A stretch of 20,000 nt of DNA, taken from the sequence record SRR31156797_601. One strand, 5' to 3'. Positions 8,722 through 18,473 of the stretch are shown in pieces (positions within the stretch are counted from its first letter, which is position 1; every line of letters starts with the position of its first letter). A model generated the notes under the pieces. It made no database searches and was not told the DNA's origin. It was given only the letters and a program-made list of their open reading frames with translations. Made by a program: the position numbers and the translations under genes.

Positions 8722-10037
8722 TGACTATAGAAATACCTAGAATATATACTTCTATTGCAGAAGTTATGGCTTGCTTAATATATATTATCCCTTTGAAAAA
8801 AAGGCACACTGGTCTGACCCTGTATTTAAATATACTGGTATTTATGTCAGCAATAATAGCAATTCAACTTATTGCAGGAACCCTGCCAATTATATATTGG
8901 ATTCCTGGAATGGTAATGAGTATGTCAGCTATGTACTTTTTTATTTATAGCGTATGCGACTTATCAATGAAACAAGCTGGTTTGTTTTTTATAAAGGCTT
9001 TTTTATTGGCTGAATTTGCTGCAGCGATAGAATGGCAGTTCTATTATTATTTGATTTATAAAGGTGTGACTCATACTTGGATACTTTCATCTATTGTAAT
9101 GATCAGTGTATATACATTGTTGTTTACTATTGCTAGGTTTGTAGATGCTAAGAAGGCTTTGGAGGACTGTAATTTAGAAGTCTCTACAAGAGATTTAATT
9201 AATGCTGTGATTATAGGATTAGCTACTTTTTCAATTAACAACATAAATTTTATTGTTGATAGTCCATTTGTTGTTAATGGAGTGGGAGCCAATATAATGT
9301 ATTTAAGAACACTTATTGACTTGAGCGGTCTTCTTGTATTATTTGCATGGAATGAGCAAAGGCGTGAAATGCATGCAAATCACGAAATTAAAGCGATTAA
9401 TCACATTTTAAGAAGTCAATACGATCAATATCAAAGGTACAAAGATAGCGTACAGATTATTAACAGGAAATATCATGATTTGAAACACCAGATAGCTTTG
9501 ATTAGATCAGAAACTGATTCAGCTAAAAAGGAAGAATACCTTCGAGAATTTGATTATGCAGTAGAAGTATACGGTTCACAATATGACACAGGAAACTCTG
9601 TGCTTGATACCATCTTGACAGGCAAAAGTCATTATTGTAAGGAGCATGACATAAAGCTAAGCTGTATAGCGAATGGTGAGCTGCTTGATTTTATGCTTGT
9701 AATGGATGTTTGCTCTATTTTTGGTAATGCACTTGATAATTGCATTGAATGCGTTGAAACAATTGATGATATTAATAAACGCATTATTCGAGTTGTAGTA
9801 TTTGAAAAAAATAATTATTTGATGATGAGGTTCGAAAATTATTTTGAGCAGGAATTAATCTTTAAGGACGGATTGCCAGAAACAACAAAGTCTAATAATA
9901 ATTATCATGGATTTGGCATTAAGAGTATTAAAAAGACTATAGAAAAATATGATGGCAATCTTACAATAAAAACTGACAATAATTGGTTTGTTATGAAGAT
10001 ATTAATATCATTGTCTCAGGATAATATAAAACAATGA
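8721..10037 (+). CDS. AgrC-like GHKL sensor histidine kinase with a multi-TM sensor domain
   Basis: About 6-7 hydrophobic segments, H-box RKYHDLKHQI, N-box IFGNALDN, G-box HGFGIKSI. TGATG overlap with RR1 (alternative start 8715). Confidence 0.92.
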   Translation: MTIEIPRIYTSIAEVMACLIYIIPLKKRHTGLTLYLNILVFMSAIIAIQLIAGTLPIIYWIPGMVMSMSAMYFFIYSVCDLSMKQAGLFFIKAFLLAEFAAAIEWQFYYYLIYKGVTHTWILSSIVMISVYTLLFTIARFVDAKKALEDCNLEVSTRDLINAVIIGLATFSINNINFIVDSPFVVNGVGANIMYLRTLIDLSGLLVLFAWNEQRREMHANHEIKAINHILRSQYDQYQRYKDSVQIINRKYHDLKHQIALIRSETDSAKKEEYLREFDYAVEVYGSQYDTGNSVLDTILTGKSHYCKEHDIKLSCIANGELLDFMLVMDVCSIFGNALDNCIECVETIDDINKRIIRVVVFEKNNYLMMRFENYFEQELIFKDGLPETTKSNNNYHGFGIKSIKKTIEKYDGNLTIKTDNNWFVMKILISLSQDNIKQ

Positions 10038-10054
10038 TTTATAAGGTTTGATAT

Positions 10055-11146
10055 ATGTATGATTATATAATAGTAGGTTCAGGGCTGTATGGTTCAGTCT
10101 TTGCTAATGAAGTAAAAAAGAGAGGCAATAAATGCCTTGTCATTGAAAAAAGAGATCATATAGGCGGAAATGTATTTACAAAAAATATTCACGGTATTAA
10201 TGTTCATATATATGGTGCACATATTTTCCATACTGATGATGAGATAATATGGAACTATATTAATCAATTTGCTGATTTTAATAATTATATAAATAGTCCA
10301 CTAGCTAATTATAAGGGTACATATTATAATCTTCCCTTTAATATGAATACTTTTTACAAAATGTGGGGTAAAGCGACTCCTGCTGAAGTTGCAGATATAA
10401 TAAACGAGCAGCGAAAAGAAATAGCAGATACACCAAAGAACCTAGAAGAGCAAGCGATTAGCTTAGTAGGCAGAGATGTGTATGAAAAATTAATCAAGGG
10501 CTATACCGAGAAACAGTGGGGCAGGAAATGTACAGAGCTGCCGCCCTTTATAATAAAACGTCTGCCTGTAAGGATGACCTACAACAATAATTATTTCAAT
10601 GACAAATTCCAAGGCGTACCTATTGGAGGGTATACAAATATTATAAATAAAATGCTTGAAGGCTGTGAAATCATTACAGGAACTGATTACTTGGATGAAA
10701 AAGAAAAGTGGGATAGTTTGGGTAAAAGAGTTTTGTATACTGGTGCAATTGATGCATATTTTAATTATGAATACGGAGCACTTGAATACAGAAGCATTAG
10801 ATTCCATAATGAAACTTTGGATATTGAAAATTTTCAAGGAAATGCTGTTGTTAATTATACAGATATTGAAACTCCGTATACGAGAATAATAGAACATAAA
10901 CATTTTGAGTTCTCTAAAACTAATAAAACAATTATCAGCAAAGAATACAGCGAGGAATGGGCAGTTGATAAAGACCCTTATTATCCTATTAATGACGATT
11001 ATAATAATAGCATATATTCTAAATATTTGAAATTAGCATTAAAAGATAAAAAAACAATCTTTGGCGGCAGGCTTGGAGAATATAAGTATTACAATATGGA
11101 TACAATTATCAAAAAGGCTTTGGAGAAAGCAAGTATTGAGATTTAA
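10055..11146 (+). CDS. glf: UDP-galactopyranose mutase
   Basis: FAD motif IVGSGLYG, HIGGN, YGAHIFHT, YTEKQWG, TRIIEHKHF, PYYP, GGRLGEYKYYNMD. Confidence 0.96.
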   Translation: MYDYIIVGSGLYGSVFANEVKKRGNKCLVIEKRDHIGGNVFTKNIHGINVHIYGAHIFHTDDEIIWNYINQFADFNNYINSPLANYKGTYYNLPFNMNTFYKMWGKATPAEVADIINEQRKEIADTPKNLEEQAISLVGRDVYEKLIKGYTEKQWGRKCTELPPFIIKRLPVRMTYNNNYFNDKFQGVPIGGYTNIINKMLEGCEIITGTDYLDEKEKWDSLGKRVLYTGAIDAYFNYEYGALEYRSIRFHNETLDIENFQGNAVVNYTDIETPYTRIIEHKHFEFSKTNKTIISKEYSEEWAVDKDPYYPINDDYNNSIYSKYLKLALKDKKTIFGGRLGEYKYYNMDTIIKKALEKASIEI

Positions 11147-11198
11147 TACTGCTGATTTATTTATAATTGGTACTATTTGTTTTTTCGTTTAGTGCTTG

Positions 11199-11265
11199 CA
11201 AATTAAGTTGTTAAAACTACCGTTCACGGAATTATTTCTTGCATATTTACAGCTTATGATACTAT
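11199..11265 (+). promoter_or_regulatory. Putative LytTR-binding repeat pair and extended -10 upstream of the GT2 operon
   Basis: CAAATTA (11199) and CCGTTCACG (11220) start 21 bp apart; TG-a-TACTAT with the hexamer at 11260-11265. Offsets identical to the 5031 site. Confidence 0.6.
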
Positions 11266-11385
11266 TAAAAGCATCACAAATGGTGGTGTTTTAATATTTA
11301 ATGCTTAAAAACTTGGATTTTTACTTAAAGATTAATAATTAAGTGAAAAATTTAGTAATTAACATTTTTTATATGGAGAATGAGG

Positions 11386-12402
11386 ATGAATATTTTATCA
11401 GTAGTTATACCTAGCTATAATTCTGAAAGCTATTTTGCCAATTGCATTGAATCTTTGCTGAAAAGTGGTGATGGAATTGAGATTTTGATTGTAAATGATG
11501 GATCTTCAGATAGAACTGGAGAGATAGCTGACAATTATGCAAAAAAATATCCAAATAAAATAAAAACTATTCATCAAGAGAACTCTGGTCATGGCGGAGC
11601 CATTAATACAGGGCTTAAACATGCAACAGGAAAATATTTTAAAGTTGTTGATAGTGACGACTGGGTTAATCCTGATGCGCTTAAAAAAGTTGTTAATAAA
11701 CTTAATAGCTTTATTGTCGATGATAAAAGAGTAGATTTGGTACTTGCAAACTTTGTATATGACAAAGCAAGCAGCTCTAAAAAGAAAGTGATGAATTATA
11801 AAGGTATAATACAACAAGACCAAATAATAACGTGGAATGATGTGAAAAAGTTTAAGACATCAAGATATATTTTGATGCATTCTGTAATCTATAGCACTGA
11901 CATACTTAAAGAGTGCAAACTTGAACTGCCAAAGCACACTTTTTATGTTGATAATCTATTTGTATATTTACCGCTTCAATATGTTAATACCATGTATTAC
12001 ATAGACGAATGTGTCTATCACTATTTTATCGGTAGGGACGAGCAATCTGTAAACGAGAAAAATATGCTCAAAAGAATAGACCAGCAGATATTGGTTAACA
12101 AAATCATGATTAAAAGTGTTGATTTAAGCACTATACAACCTACTAGTAAAAGAGAGTATATGATTCACTATTTAAATGTAGTAACTACGGTTTCATCTGT
12201 TTTACTGATTAAAAAAGGAACTGCTGAATCAAGATGTAAGAATAAGGATTTGTGGAAAAGTATCAAGACAGCGGATTCAAAATTATATAGTAAAATGCGG
12301 AAAACTGTACTTGGCAGGATTATTCACCTACCAGGTTATTTGGGCAGAAAAATAACATTGTATGCTTACAAGCAGGCGCAAAAAAATGTTGGATTTAACT
12401 AA
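11386..12402 (+). CDS. Family 2 glycosyltransferase (GT-A fold, no TM segments)
   Basis: SVVIPSYN, IVNDGSSD, GHGGAINTG, DxD motif VDSDDW, HTFYVDN, YFIGRDEQSV. GGAG spacing favours ATG 11386 over 11380. Confidence 0.92.
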   Translation: MNILSVVIPSYNSESYFANCIESLLKSGDGIEILIVNDGSSDRTGEIADNYAKKYPNKIKTIHQENSGHGGAINTGLKHATGKYFKVVDSDDWVNPDALKKVVNKLNSFIVDDKRVDLVLANFVYDKASSSKKKVMNYKGIIQQDQIITWNDVKKFKTSRYILMHSVIYSTDILKECKLELPKHTFYVDNLFVYLPLQYVNTMYYIDECVYHYFIGRDEQSVNEKNMLKRIDQQILVNKIMIKSVDLSTIQPTSKREYMIHYLNVVTTVSSVLLIKKGTAESRCKNKDLWKSIKTADSKLYSKMRKTVLGRIIHLPGYLGRKITLYAYKQAQKNVGFN

Positions 12403-12438
12403 AAATTTCAGTGATAAAATAAGGAAAGAAGAGGGAAT

Positions 12439-14826
12439 ATGACAGATTATAATATTATTATAAATGAAATGACCCTAGAAGAAAAAGCCTCTTTGCTTTC
12501 AGGAAAAGATTTCTGGAAAACAAGAGAAATAAAGAGACTGAACGTTCCTCAGATGGCACTAGCTGACGGACCTCATGGACTTAGGAAACAAGCAGAAGCA
12601 GGTGACCATTTAGGGCTTGTAAAAGGTGTTGATGCAACTTGCTTTCCAACCTCTGCAACTGTAGCAAATAGTTGGGACGTAAAGCTATGCGAAGAAATCG
12701 GACAAGCACTTGGAAAAGAAGCAGCTCATCATGATGTGAATGTTTTGCTTGGACCTGCACTAAATATAAAAAGGAATCCATTGTGCGGTCGTATTTTCGA
12801 ATATTACTCTGAAGATCCTTATCTATCCGGAAAAATGGCAGCAGCATCTACAAAAGGGATTCAAAGCAATGGCGTTTCAGTATGCCTGAAACATTTCGCA
12901 GCAAATAATCAAGAATACCTAAGAATGACAAATGATTCTATTGTAGATGAGAGAACTCTGCGAGAAATTTATCTTACTGGTTTTGAAATAGCAGTTAAAG
13001 ATGGTAAAGCAAAGTCAGTAATGTCATCTTATAATAAGATAAACGGCGTATATGCTCACGAAAATAAAAAACTTCTCAGAGATATATTGGTTGATGAATG
13101 GGGGTTTGAAGGAATCGTAGTATCTGATTGGGGCGGAAGCAATGATAGTGTCAGAGGTGTCAAAGCAGGATCTCACCTAGAGATGCCCGCAACTGGTACT
13201 GACAGCAGAGATATTCTGGTTGAGGCAGTGAAAAATGGTGAATTAGAGGAAAGTGAACTGGATGCTAGAGTACTGGAATATTTACAGTTTTTATATGAAG
13301 TCCAATTAGATGAGCAAGTCGAAGTTGATTACGAAAGTCATCATGAATTAGCTAGAAAAGCCGCAGAAGAATCTACAGTGCTTTTGAAAAATGATAATGC
13401 ACTTCCTTTATCTAGCGGTACAAAGGTTGCAGTAATCGGTGATTTTGCTGATTATCCAAGATATCAGGGAGCAGGCTCCAGTTTAGTCAGCCCTTATAAG
13501 CTTGAAGGTACTCTTGATGTTATTGAACAAGCAGATTTAGAATTAGTTGGTTACGCCAAAGGATATGACAGAACTGGCAAAACAGATAAAAACAAGATAT
13601 CAGAAGCTGTGGAGATTGCAAAAAAAGCTGATGTAGCATTGCTGTATATCGGACTTATTGAAGTTGATGAAGTAGAGGGCTATGACAGACCTCATATGAA
13701 GATTGCACAAAGCCATATTGACCTTCTTGAAGCAGTTGAAAAAGCAGCAAAGAAGACTGTTGTAGTATTAAGCGGCGGTGCAGCAATTGAAATAAACTGG
13801 GATAAGCATTGCGATGCTATAGTTCACGGTTATTTGTCAGGACAATCTGGTGCTAGTGCAATGCTTAATGTATTGACTGGTAAAGTTAATCCAAGCGGAA
13901 AACTAAGTGAAACTTATCCTTTAGTTTATGAAGATTGTCCGACTGCTAAATACTTTCCTGGGGCTGAAAGAACAAGTGAATATAGAGAAGGTATTTATGT
14001 AGGATACAGATATTATGACAAATGTAATGTGCCAGTAAAATACCCCTTTGGATTTGGACTTAGTTATACTACTTTTGAATACAGTGACTTGGATATTAAG
14101 GCAGGTAGTATTACTTGCAAAATTACAAATACTGGAGATATAGCCGGTAGTGAAATCGTTCAATTATATATTGGTAAAGAGCAAAATAAGATTCACAGAG
14201 CAAAAAAAGAATTAAAAGGATTCGAAAAGGTATTCCTAAATCCAAAGGAAAGTAAAACAATAACAATTCCTTTCGATGAATATTCATTCAGATATTTTGA
14301 TATCAATGATATGAAATTCAATATAGAAAAAGGTACGTATGAAGTATATATTGGAAGTTCATCACAGGACATTAAATTATCAGGAGAAATAACTGTTGAT
14401 GGAGTAGAGCCAAAAAGTGGGAAAATATCAGAACTAAAAAAGTACTTCGATGGAGATATTAGTGATGTTTCATCAAAAGAATTTGAAAACCTCTATGGGA
14501 AAGCTGTACCGGATGCAAATTGGGATAGAAACAAAGAGCTGGGGATTAATGATTCTGTTAGCCAGATGATTTATGCAAAAAGCGGGATTGCTAGATTTGC
14601 TGTTAAAGTTTTGGGGTGGATGAAAAACAGATCTATTAAAAAAGGTAAACCCGATTTAAATCTATTCTTCCTTTACAATATGCCCTTTAGAGCTATTGCA
14701 AAAATGTCCAATGGAACCATATCAATGGAAATGGTAAGAAAAATATTGATTATTGTAAATGGACATTTTTTCAAAGGGGTAGGCGGATTTATAAAATCGT
14801 TTTTTATATATAAGAGGAGGAGGTGA
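12439..14826 (+). CDS. GH3 beta-glycosidase, cytoplasmic, with FN3-like domain and a basic amphipathic C-terminal extension
   Basis: ADGPHGLR, FEYYSEDP, KHFAANNQE, nucleophile motif VSDWGG, EGIYVGYRYY, PFGFGLSYT; no signal peptide. Confidence 0.93.
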   Translation: MTDYNIIINEMTLEEKASLLSGKDFWKTREIKRLNVPQMALADGPHGLRKQAEAGDHLGLVKGVDATCFPTSATVANSWDVKLCEEIGQALGKEAAHHDVNVLLGPALNIKRNPLCGRIFEYYSEDPYLSGKMAAASTKGIQSNGVSVCLKHFAANNQEYLRMTNDSIVDERTLREIYLTGFEIAVKDGKAKSVMSSYNKINGVYAHENKKLLRDILVDEWGFEGIVVSDWGGSNDSVRGVKAGSHLEMPATGTDSRDILVEAVKNGELEESELDARVLEYLQFLYEVQLDEQVEVDYESHHELARKAAEESTVLLKNDNALPLSSGTKVAVIGDFADYPRYQGAGSSLVSPYKLEGTLDVIEQADLELVGYAKGYDRTGKTDKNKISEAVEIAKKADVALLYIGLIEVDEVEGYDRPHMKIAQSHIDLLEAVEKAAKKTVVVLSGGAAIEINWDKHCDAIVHGYLSGQSGASAMLNVLTGKVNPSGKLSETYPLVYEDCPTAKYFPGAERTSEYREGIYVGYRYYDKCNVPVKYPFGFGLSYTTFEYSDLDIKAGSITCKITNTGDIAGSEIVQLYIGKEQNKIHRAKKELKGFEKVFLNPKESKTITIPFDEYSFRYFDINDMKFNIEKGTYEVYIGSSSQDIKLSGEITVDGVEPKSGKISELKKYFDGDISDVSSKEFENLYGKAVPDANWDRNKELGINDSVSQMIYAKSGIARFAVKVLGWMKNRSIKKGKPDLNLFFLYNMPFRAIAKMSNGTISMEMVRKILIIVNGHFFKGVGGFIKSFFIYKRRR

Positions 14827-14831
14827 GATAA

Positions 14832-15365
14832 ATGATTAAGTTGATCAGGAATTTTAAAGAAAAAAATGCGGAATTATATGAGTTTATCATGTTCAATATT
14901 TTAAGCAACATTGCAACGATTACGAATTTTGCTGTATTGAATATTGGCAACAGTATTTTATTTAAGTCTTTTGCAGATAAAGCCTTTGATTTTTGGATTT
15001 TTAATTATACTGTTGAAAGCGGCGGACTTGGTGGATTTTTGGCTTTTCTAACTAGTTTTTTCTGCGCACAGGCTGTAAACTTTGTTGTTCAGCGAAAGCT
15101 GGTATTCAATTCTAATAATAAGCTGGGATTAGCAATACCGATATATATTTTAACGGTTATAGTAGTGTATATCATATGCATGTATATTCCAACAATAATA
15201 TTAGAGCCAATATCATCAGTTGTTGGAGACTTTTGGGGAGTTAACTTAACTAATGCTATCAATATTTTAGTGCAGGTAATAATTATTTATCCAGTACTGA
15301 AATTTGTGGTAATGAAAAAAATACCAAACGACGAAGTAGTGGTAGTTACAGAATATAACGATTAG
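14832..15365 (+). CDS. GtrA-like small membrane protein (putative lipid-linked sugar flippase)
   Basis: 177 aa with about 4 hydrophobic helices; VNFVVQRKLVF resembles the GtrA N-x-x-x-N/Q-R-x-x-V-F motif; C-terminal KFVV. RBS AGGAGG lies in the end of the upstream gene. Confidence 0.65.
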   Translation: MIKLIRNFKEKNAELYEFIMFNILSNIATITNFAVLNIGNSILFKSFADKAFDFWIFNYTVESGGLGGFLAFLTSFFCAQAVNFVVQRKLVFNSNNKLGLAIPIYILTVIVVYIICMYIPTIILEPISSVVGDFWGVNLTNAINILVQVIIIYPVLKFVVMKKIPNDEVVVVTEYND

Positions 15366-15385
15366 AATTTGTGAAGGAGGATATT

Positions 15386-18277
15386 ATGAGCAAAGACAAG
15401 AAAAAGAAGACAGGTAAGATTATACTAATAATTGGTTTAGTGCTGGTTTTAATAATTAATGCCGGATTGATAATTTTTGAAGGTCATGCGAACCTTTATC
15501 TAGGTCAGGGAGATGTAGTTGTTGAGAATGCATCAGGAACAGAAAATTGGGATAGTGAATACTATACAATGGATTATGACAGTTCCGAGGCACTTGAAGC
15601 AGCGGCTGCAGAACTGGTTCAAGACATTTCATATGAAGGTTTTGTACTGTTGAAAAATAATGGTACACTGCCTCTTGCTGAAAATTCAGCATTAACATTA
15701 TTAGGCAGAGGGAGTGCAGACCCTGTTTATGGTGGTTCAGGATCAGGAGCCGCTTCTACAGAAGGATTGGTAGATATTAAGAAAGGCTTAACTGATTCAG
15801 GGTTTGAAATTAACGAGACTGTATATGCAATATTATCAGAATATGCTGCTTATGAACTTAATGGAACTACTAGAGTTTATACTAATCCAAGGTCTGAAAT
15901 AGTAATGGATAGTCCAAAAAAGTCATCATATAATTCCGGTGAAATGCCAATAGAAAACTATACAGATGAAGCAATTGATAGTTTCAAAGATTATAACGAT
16001 GCAGCAATCATTACAATCAGCCGACCAGCAGGTGAAGGTGGAGACCTTTCTCAGGATGTGGAAGACTGGGAAGAACATTACGAAGATGGACAGCATCAAT
16101 TAGAGCTGACATATGATGAAAAACAAGCTATCGAATTAGCTAAGGACAATTTTGAGAACGTTATTGTTTTGATTAACTCAAGTGCTGTAATGGAACTTGG
16201 TGAATTGGAAGCAGATGAAGGCGTCGATGCAATATTATGGGTTGGATTCCCTGGAAAAACTGGATTTAACTCTGTTGGAGCTATACTAGACGGACGTGTA
16301 ACACCATCTGGACATACAGTTGATATTTATGCAGCAGACTTTACAAAAGACCCTACTTTCGTAAACTTTGGAGATTATGAATACAAGAATATCTCCAAGA
16401 AAAATGCAATAGGTGATGCTACATTTGTGCAGTATGAAGAAGGTATTTATGTAGGATACAGATACTATGAAACAGCTGCGGTTGAAGGATTTATTGATTA
16501 TGACGAAGCTGTTGTATATCCATTTGGATATGGCTTAAGTTACACAACTTTTGATTGGGAGATTGAGAGTCAATCATTAGGTTCAACGACTGAAGATATT
16601 ACAATAGATGTTAAGGTAACAAATACAGGTGACTATTCAGGTAAAGACGTAGTTCAAGTGTATTTCTCAGCTCCATATTATGAGGGAGGCATTGAAAAAT
16701 CTGAAGTAGTACTTGCAGACTTTGCAAAGACTAGTTTGCTGGCTCCAGGTGAATCAGATGTGGTTACTTTGACATTCCCTGTTGAAGACATGGCATCATA
16801 TGACTACAAAGTTGAAAAAGCATATGTACTAGATGAAGGCGATTATGAAATCAGAATACAAACTGATTCACATAATATGAAAGAAGGAATTGATGCAATA
16901 ACATACTCAGTTTCAAAAACTCTTATCTATAATGAAGGCAATGCACGCTCATCAGACGTAGTAGCTGCAACAAATCAATTTGATGATGTTTCAGCGATGT
17001 TTACAGATACAAAAACTGAAGGTTATGCAACAAATATGTCTCGTGCTGACTTTGAAGGAACATTCCCAACTAAGCCTATGGCAGTTGATAAGGAAGCCAG
17101 TGATGAAATTATAGCGGGATTCCAGCCATATGTTGTGGCTGATAATGAAGACCCAGATGCTGAGATGCCAACAACTGGAGAAAATAATGGACTCATGTTG
17201 ATTGACTTAAGAGGTAAAGATTATGATGATCCATCATGGGATTTACTGCTTGATCAGATTGAAGCAGCTGAGATAATAAGTGTTATCCTTGACGGTGCTT
17301 ATACATCTTTGGAAGTAGAATCTGTTGCAAAGCCAAAAACAATTGATATAGACGGACCTGCTGGCTTAAGCTCATTTATGGGAACAGAACTAAAAGGTAC
17401 AGCGTACCCTTCAGAAGTAGTTATTGCTTCAACATATAATACAGATTTAGCAAATGAAATGGGACTGATGGTAGGTAACGAATCTCTGGATATGGGAGTC
17501 AGTGGTTGGTATGCACCAGCACTTAACGTTCACCGTTCACCATTTGCAGGACGTAACTTCGAATACTATTCTGAAGACCCAATTATAAGCGGCAAAATGA
17601 CTGAAGCAGTTATTGAAGGCGCAGCAGAAAAAGGATTGTATGCATACATCAAGCACTTTGCACTAAATGACCAGGAAACAAACCGTGTAAACAATGGTAT
17701 TGCTACATGGGCAAATGAACAGGCTATAAGAGAAATATATCTGAAAGGTTATGAAAAGGCTATTAAAAACGCTACAACAACCATCAAATATATCGGTGAT
17801 GAAAATGGCACAATAGCGGAAAAAGAAATGAATGCAGCTACAGCTATTATGAGCTCATTCAATAGAATAGGTACTACATGGGCAGGCGGCAGCATTGCTC
17901 TGATGGAAAATGTTTTGAGACAAGAATGGGGCTTTGAAGGCGTAGCTATTTCAGACTTTAACCTATATGATTACATGTATACAGATCAAGGCATTGCAGC
18001 AGGTACAGATTACTTTATTACATTCTCATCTATGAAGTCTCTGGAAGATCAAACAAGCGCAACTGCAGTAACTAACCTAAGAAGAACTGCTCATAGACTA
18101 TTCTATACAGTTGTTAACAGTAACGCTATGAATGGCATAATTCCGGGAACAACAATAACCTTTAAAATGGCAACATGGAAAAAGATACAATATATTGTAG
18201 ATATACTAATAATATTGGGCTTGGCAGGCTATTTTGTATCAAAATTGTTGAAAAAGAAAAAACAAAAGACTGCTTAA
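15386..18277 (+). CDS. GH3 beta-glycosidase with permuted domain order, anchored by N- and C-terminal TM helices
   Basis: The usual C-terminal domain comes first (EGFVLLKNNGTLPL, GGSGSG, EGIYVGYRYY, PFGYGLSYT), followed by the barrel (DGPAG, GRNFEYYSEDP, KHFALNDQE, ISDFN). Lys-flanked hydrophobic helices at both ends. AAGGAGG at 15374-15380 supports ATG 15386 over GTG 15371. Confidence 0.92.
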   Translation: MSKDKKKKTGKIILIIGLVLVLIINAGLIIFEGHANLYLGQGDVVVENASGTENWDSEYYTMDYDSSEALEAAAAELVQDISYEGFVLLKNNGTLPLAENSALTLLGRGSADPVYGGSGSGAASTEGLVDIKKGLTDSGFEINETVYAILSEYAAYELNGTTRVYTNPRSEIVMDSPKKSSYNSGEMPIENYTDEAIDSFKDYNDAAIITISRPAGEGGDLSQDVEDWEEHYEDGQHQLELTYDEKQAIELAKDNFENVIVLINSSAVMELGELEADEGVDAILWVGFPGKTGFNSVGAILDGRVTPSGHTVDIYAADFTKDPTFVNFGDYEYKNISKKNAIGDATFVQYEEGIYVGYRYYETAAVEGFIDYDEAVVYPFGYGLSYTTFDWEIESQSLGSTTEDITIDVKVTNTGDYSGKDVVQVYFSAPYYEGGIEKSEVVLADFAKTSLLAPGESDVVTLTFPVEDMASYDYKVEKAYVLDEGDYEIRIQTDSHNMKEGIDAITYSVSKTLIYNEGNARSSDVVAATNQFDDVSAMFTDTKTEGYATNMSRADFEGTFPTKPMAVDKEASDEIIAGFQPYVVADNEDPDAEMPTTGENNGLMLIDLRGKDYDDPSWDLLLDQIEAAEIISVILDGAYTSLEVESVAKPKTIDIDGPAGLSSFMGTELKGTAYPSEVVIASTYNTDLANEMGLMVGNESLDMGVSGWYAPALNVHRSPFAGRNFEYYSEDPIISGKMTEAVIEGAAEKGLYAYIKHFALNDQETNRVNNGIATWANEQAIREIYLKGYEKAIKNATTTIKYIGDENGTIAEKEMNAATAIMSSFNRIGTTWAGGSIALMENVLRQEWGFEGVAISDFNLYDYMYTDQGIAAGTDYFITFSSMKSLEDQTSATAVTNLRRTAHRLFYTVVNSNAMNGIIPGTTITFKMATWKKIQYIVDILIILGLAGYFVSKLLKKKKQKTA

Positions 18278-18318
18278 TGACATAATTCTAATAGTATCAT
18301 AAACTATAATATTACTTT

Positions 18319-18376
18319 GTAAAAAAAGTCAAGCTATTGGTAGAAATTCTCATGTGTCAATGCTTGACTTTTTTAC
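18319..18376. terminator. Rho-independent terminator, potentially bidirectional, ending the GT2-GH3-GtrA-GH3 operon
   Basis: AAAAAAAGTCAAGC-t-ATTGG ... TCAAT-GCTTGACTTTTTT with an A-tract before and a T-tract after the stem. Confidence 0.8.
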
Positions 18377-18413
18377 TATAATAAGATGAACAATTATTCA
18401 TAAATTCTTAAAA

Positions 18414-18441
18414 TTGAACAGTAATATGTTTATGATATAAT
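18414..18441 (+). promoter_or_regulatory. Sigma-A promoter for the second LytTR regulator
   Basis: TTGAAC (18414-18419), 16-bp spacer, extended -10 TG-a-TATAAT (18436-18441). Confidence 0.7.
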
Positions 18442-18473
18442 TGTCTGTGAGGAAAACAAGTAAGGAGCATGAT

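Noticed and set aside
11265-11294. Hairpin TTAAAAGCATCAC-aaatg-GTGGTGTTTTAA as the glf terminator
   Set aside because: Weak stem with G-U pairs, about 120 bp from the glf stop and overlapping the predicted GT2 transcription start; function cannot be assigned.
260-15698. Short ORF-track entries inside long genes (260-478, 3040-3234, 5889-6089, 7418-7651, 7549-7764, 8070-8300, 9071-9292, 10490-10903, 10656-10889, 11506-11823, 12581-12847, 13921-14163, 15456-15698)
   Set aside because: They overlap well-supported genes in antisense or alternative frames and show no recognisable motifs.
13986-16464. 27-bp identical sequence AGAAGGTATTTATGTAGGATACAGATA at 13986-14012 and 16438-16464
   Set aside because: It encodes the conserved GH3 motif EGIYVGYRY in both genes; protein conservation and codon bias explain it.
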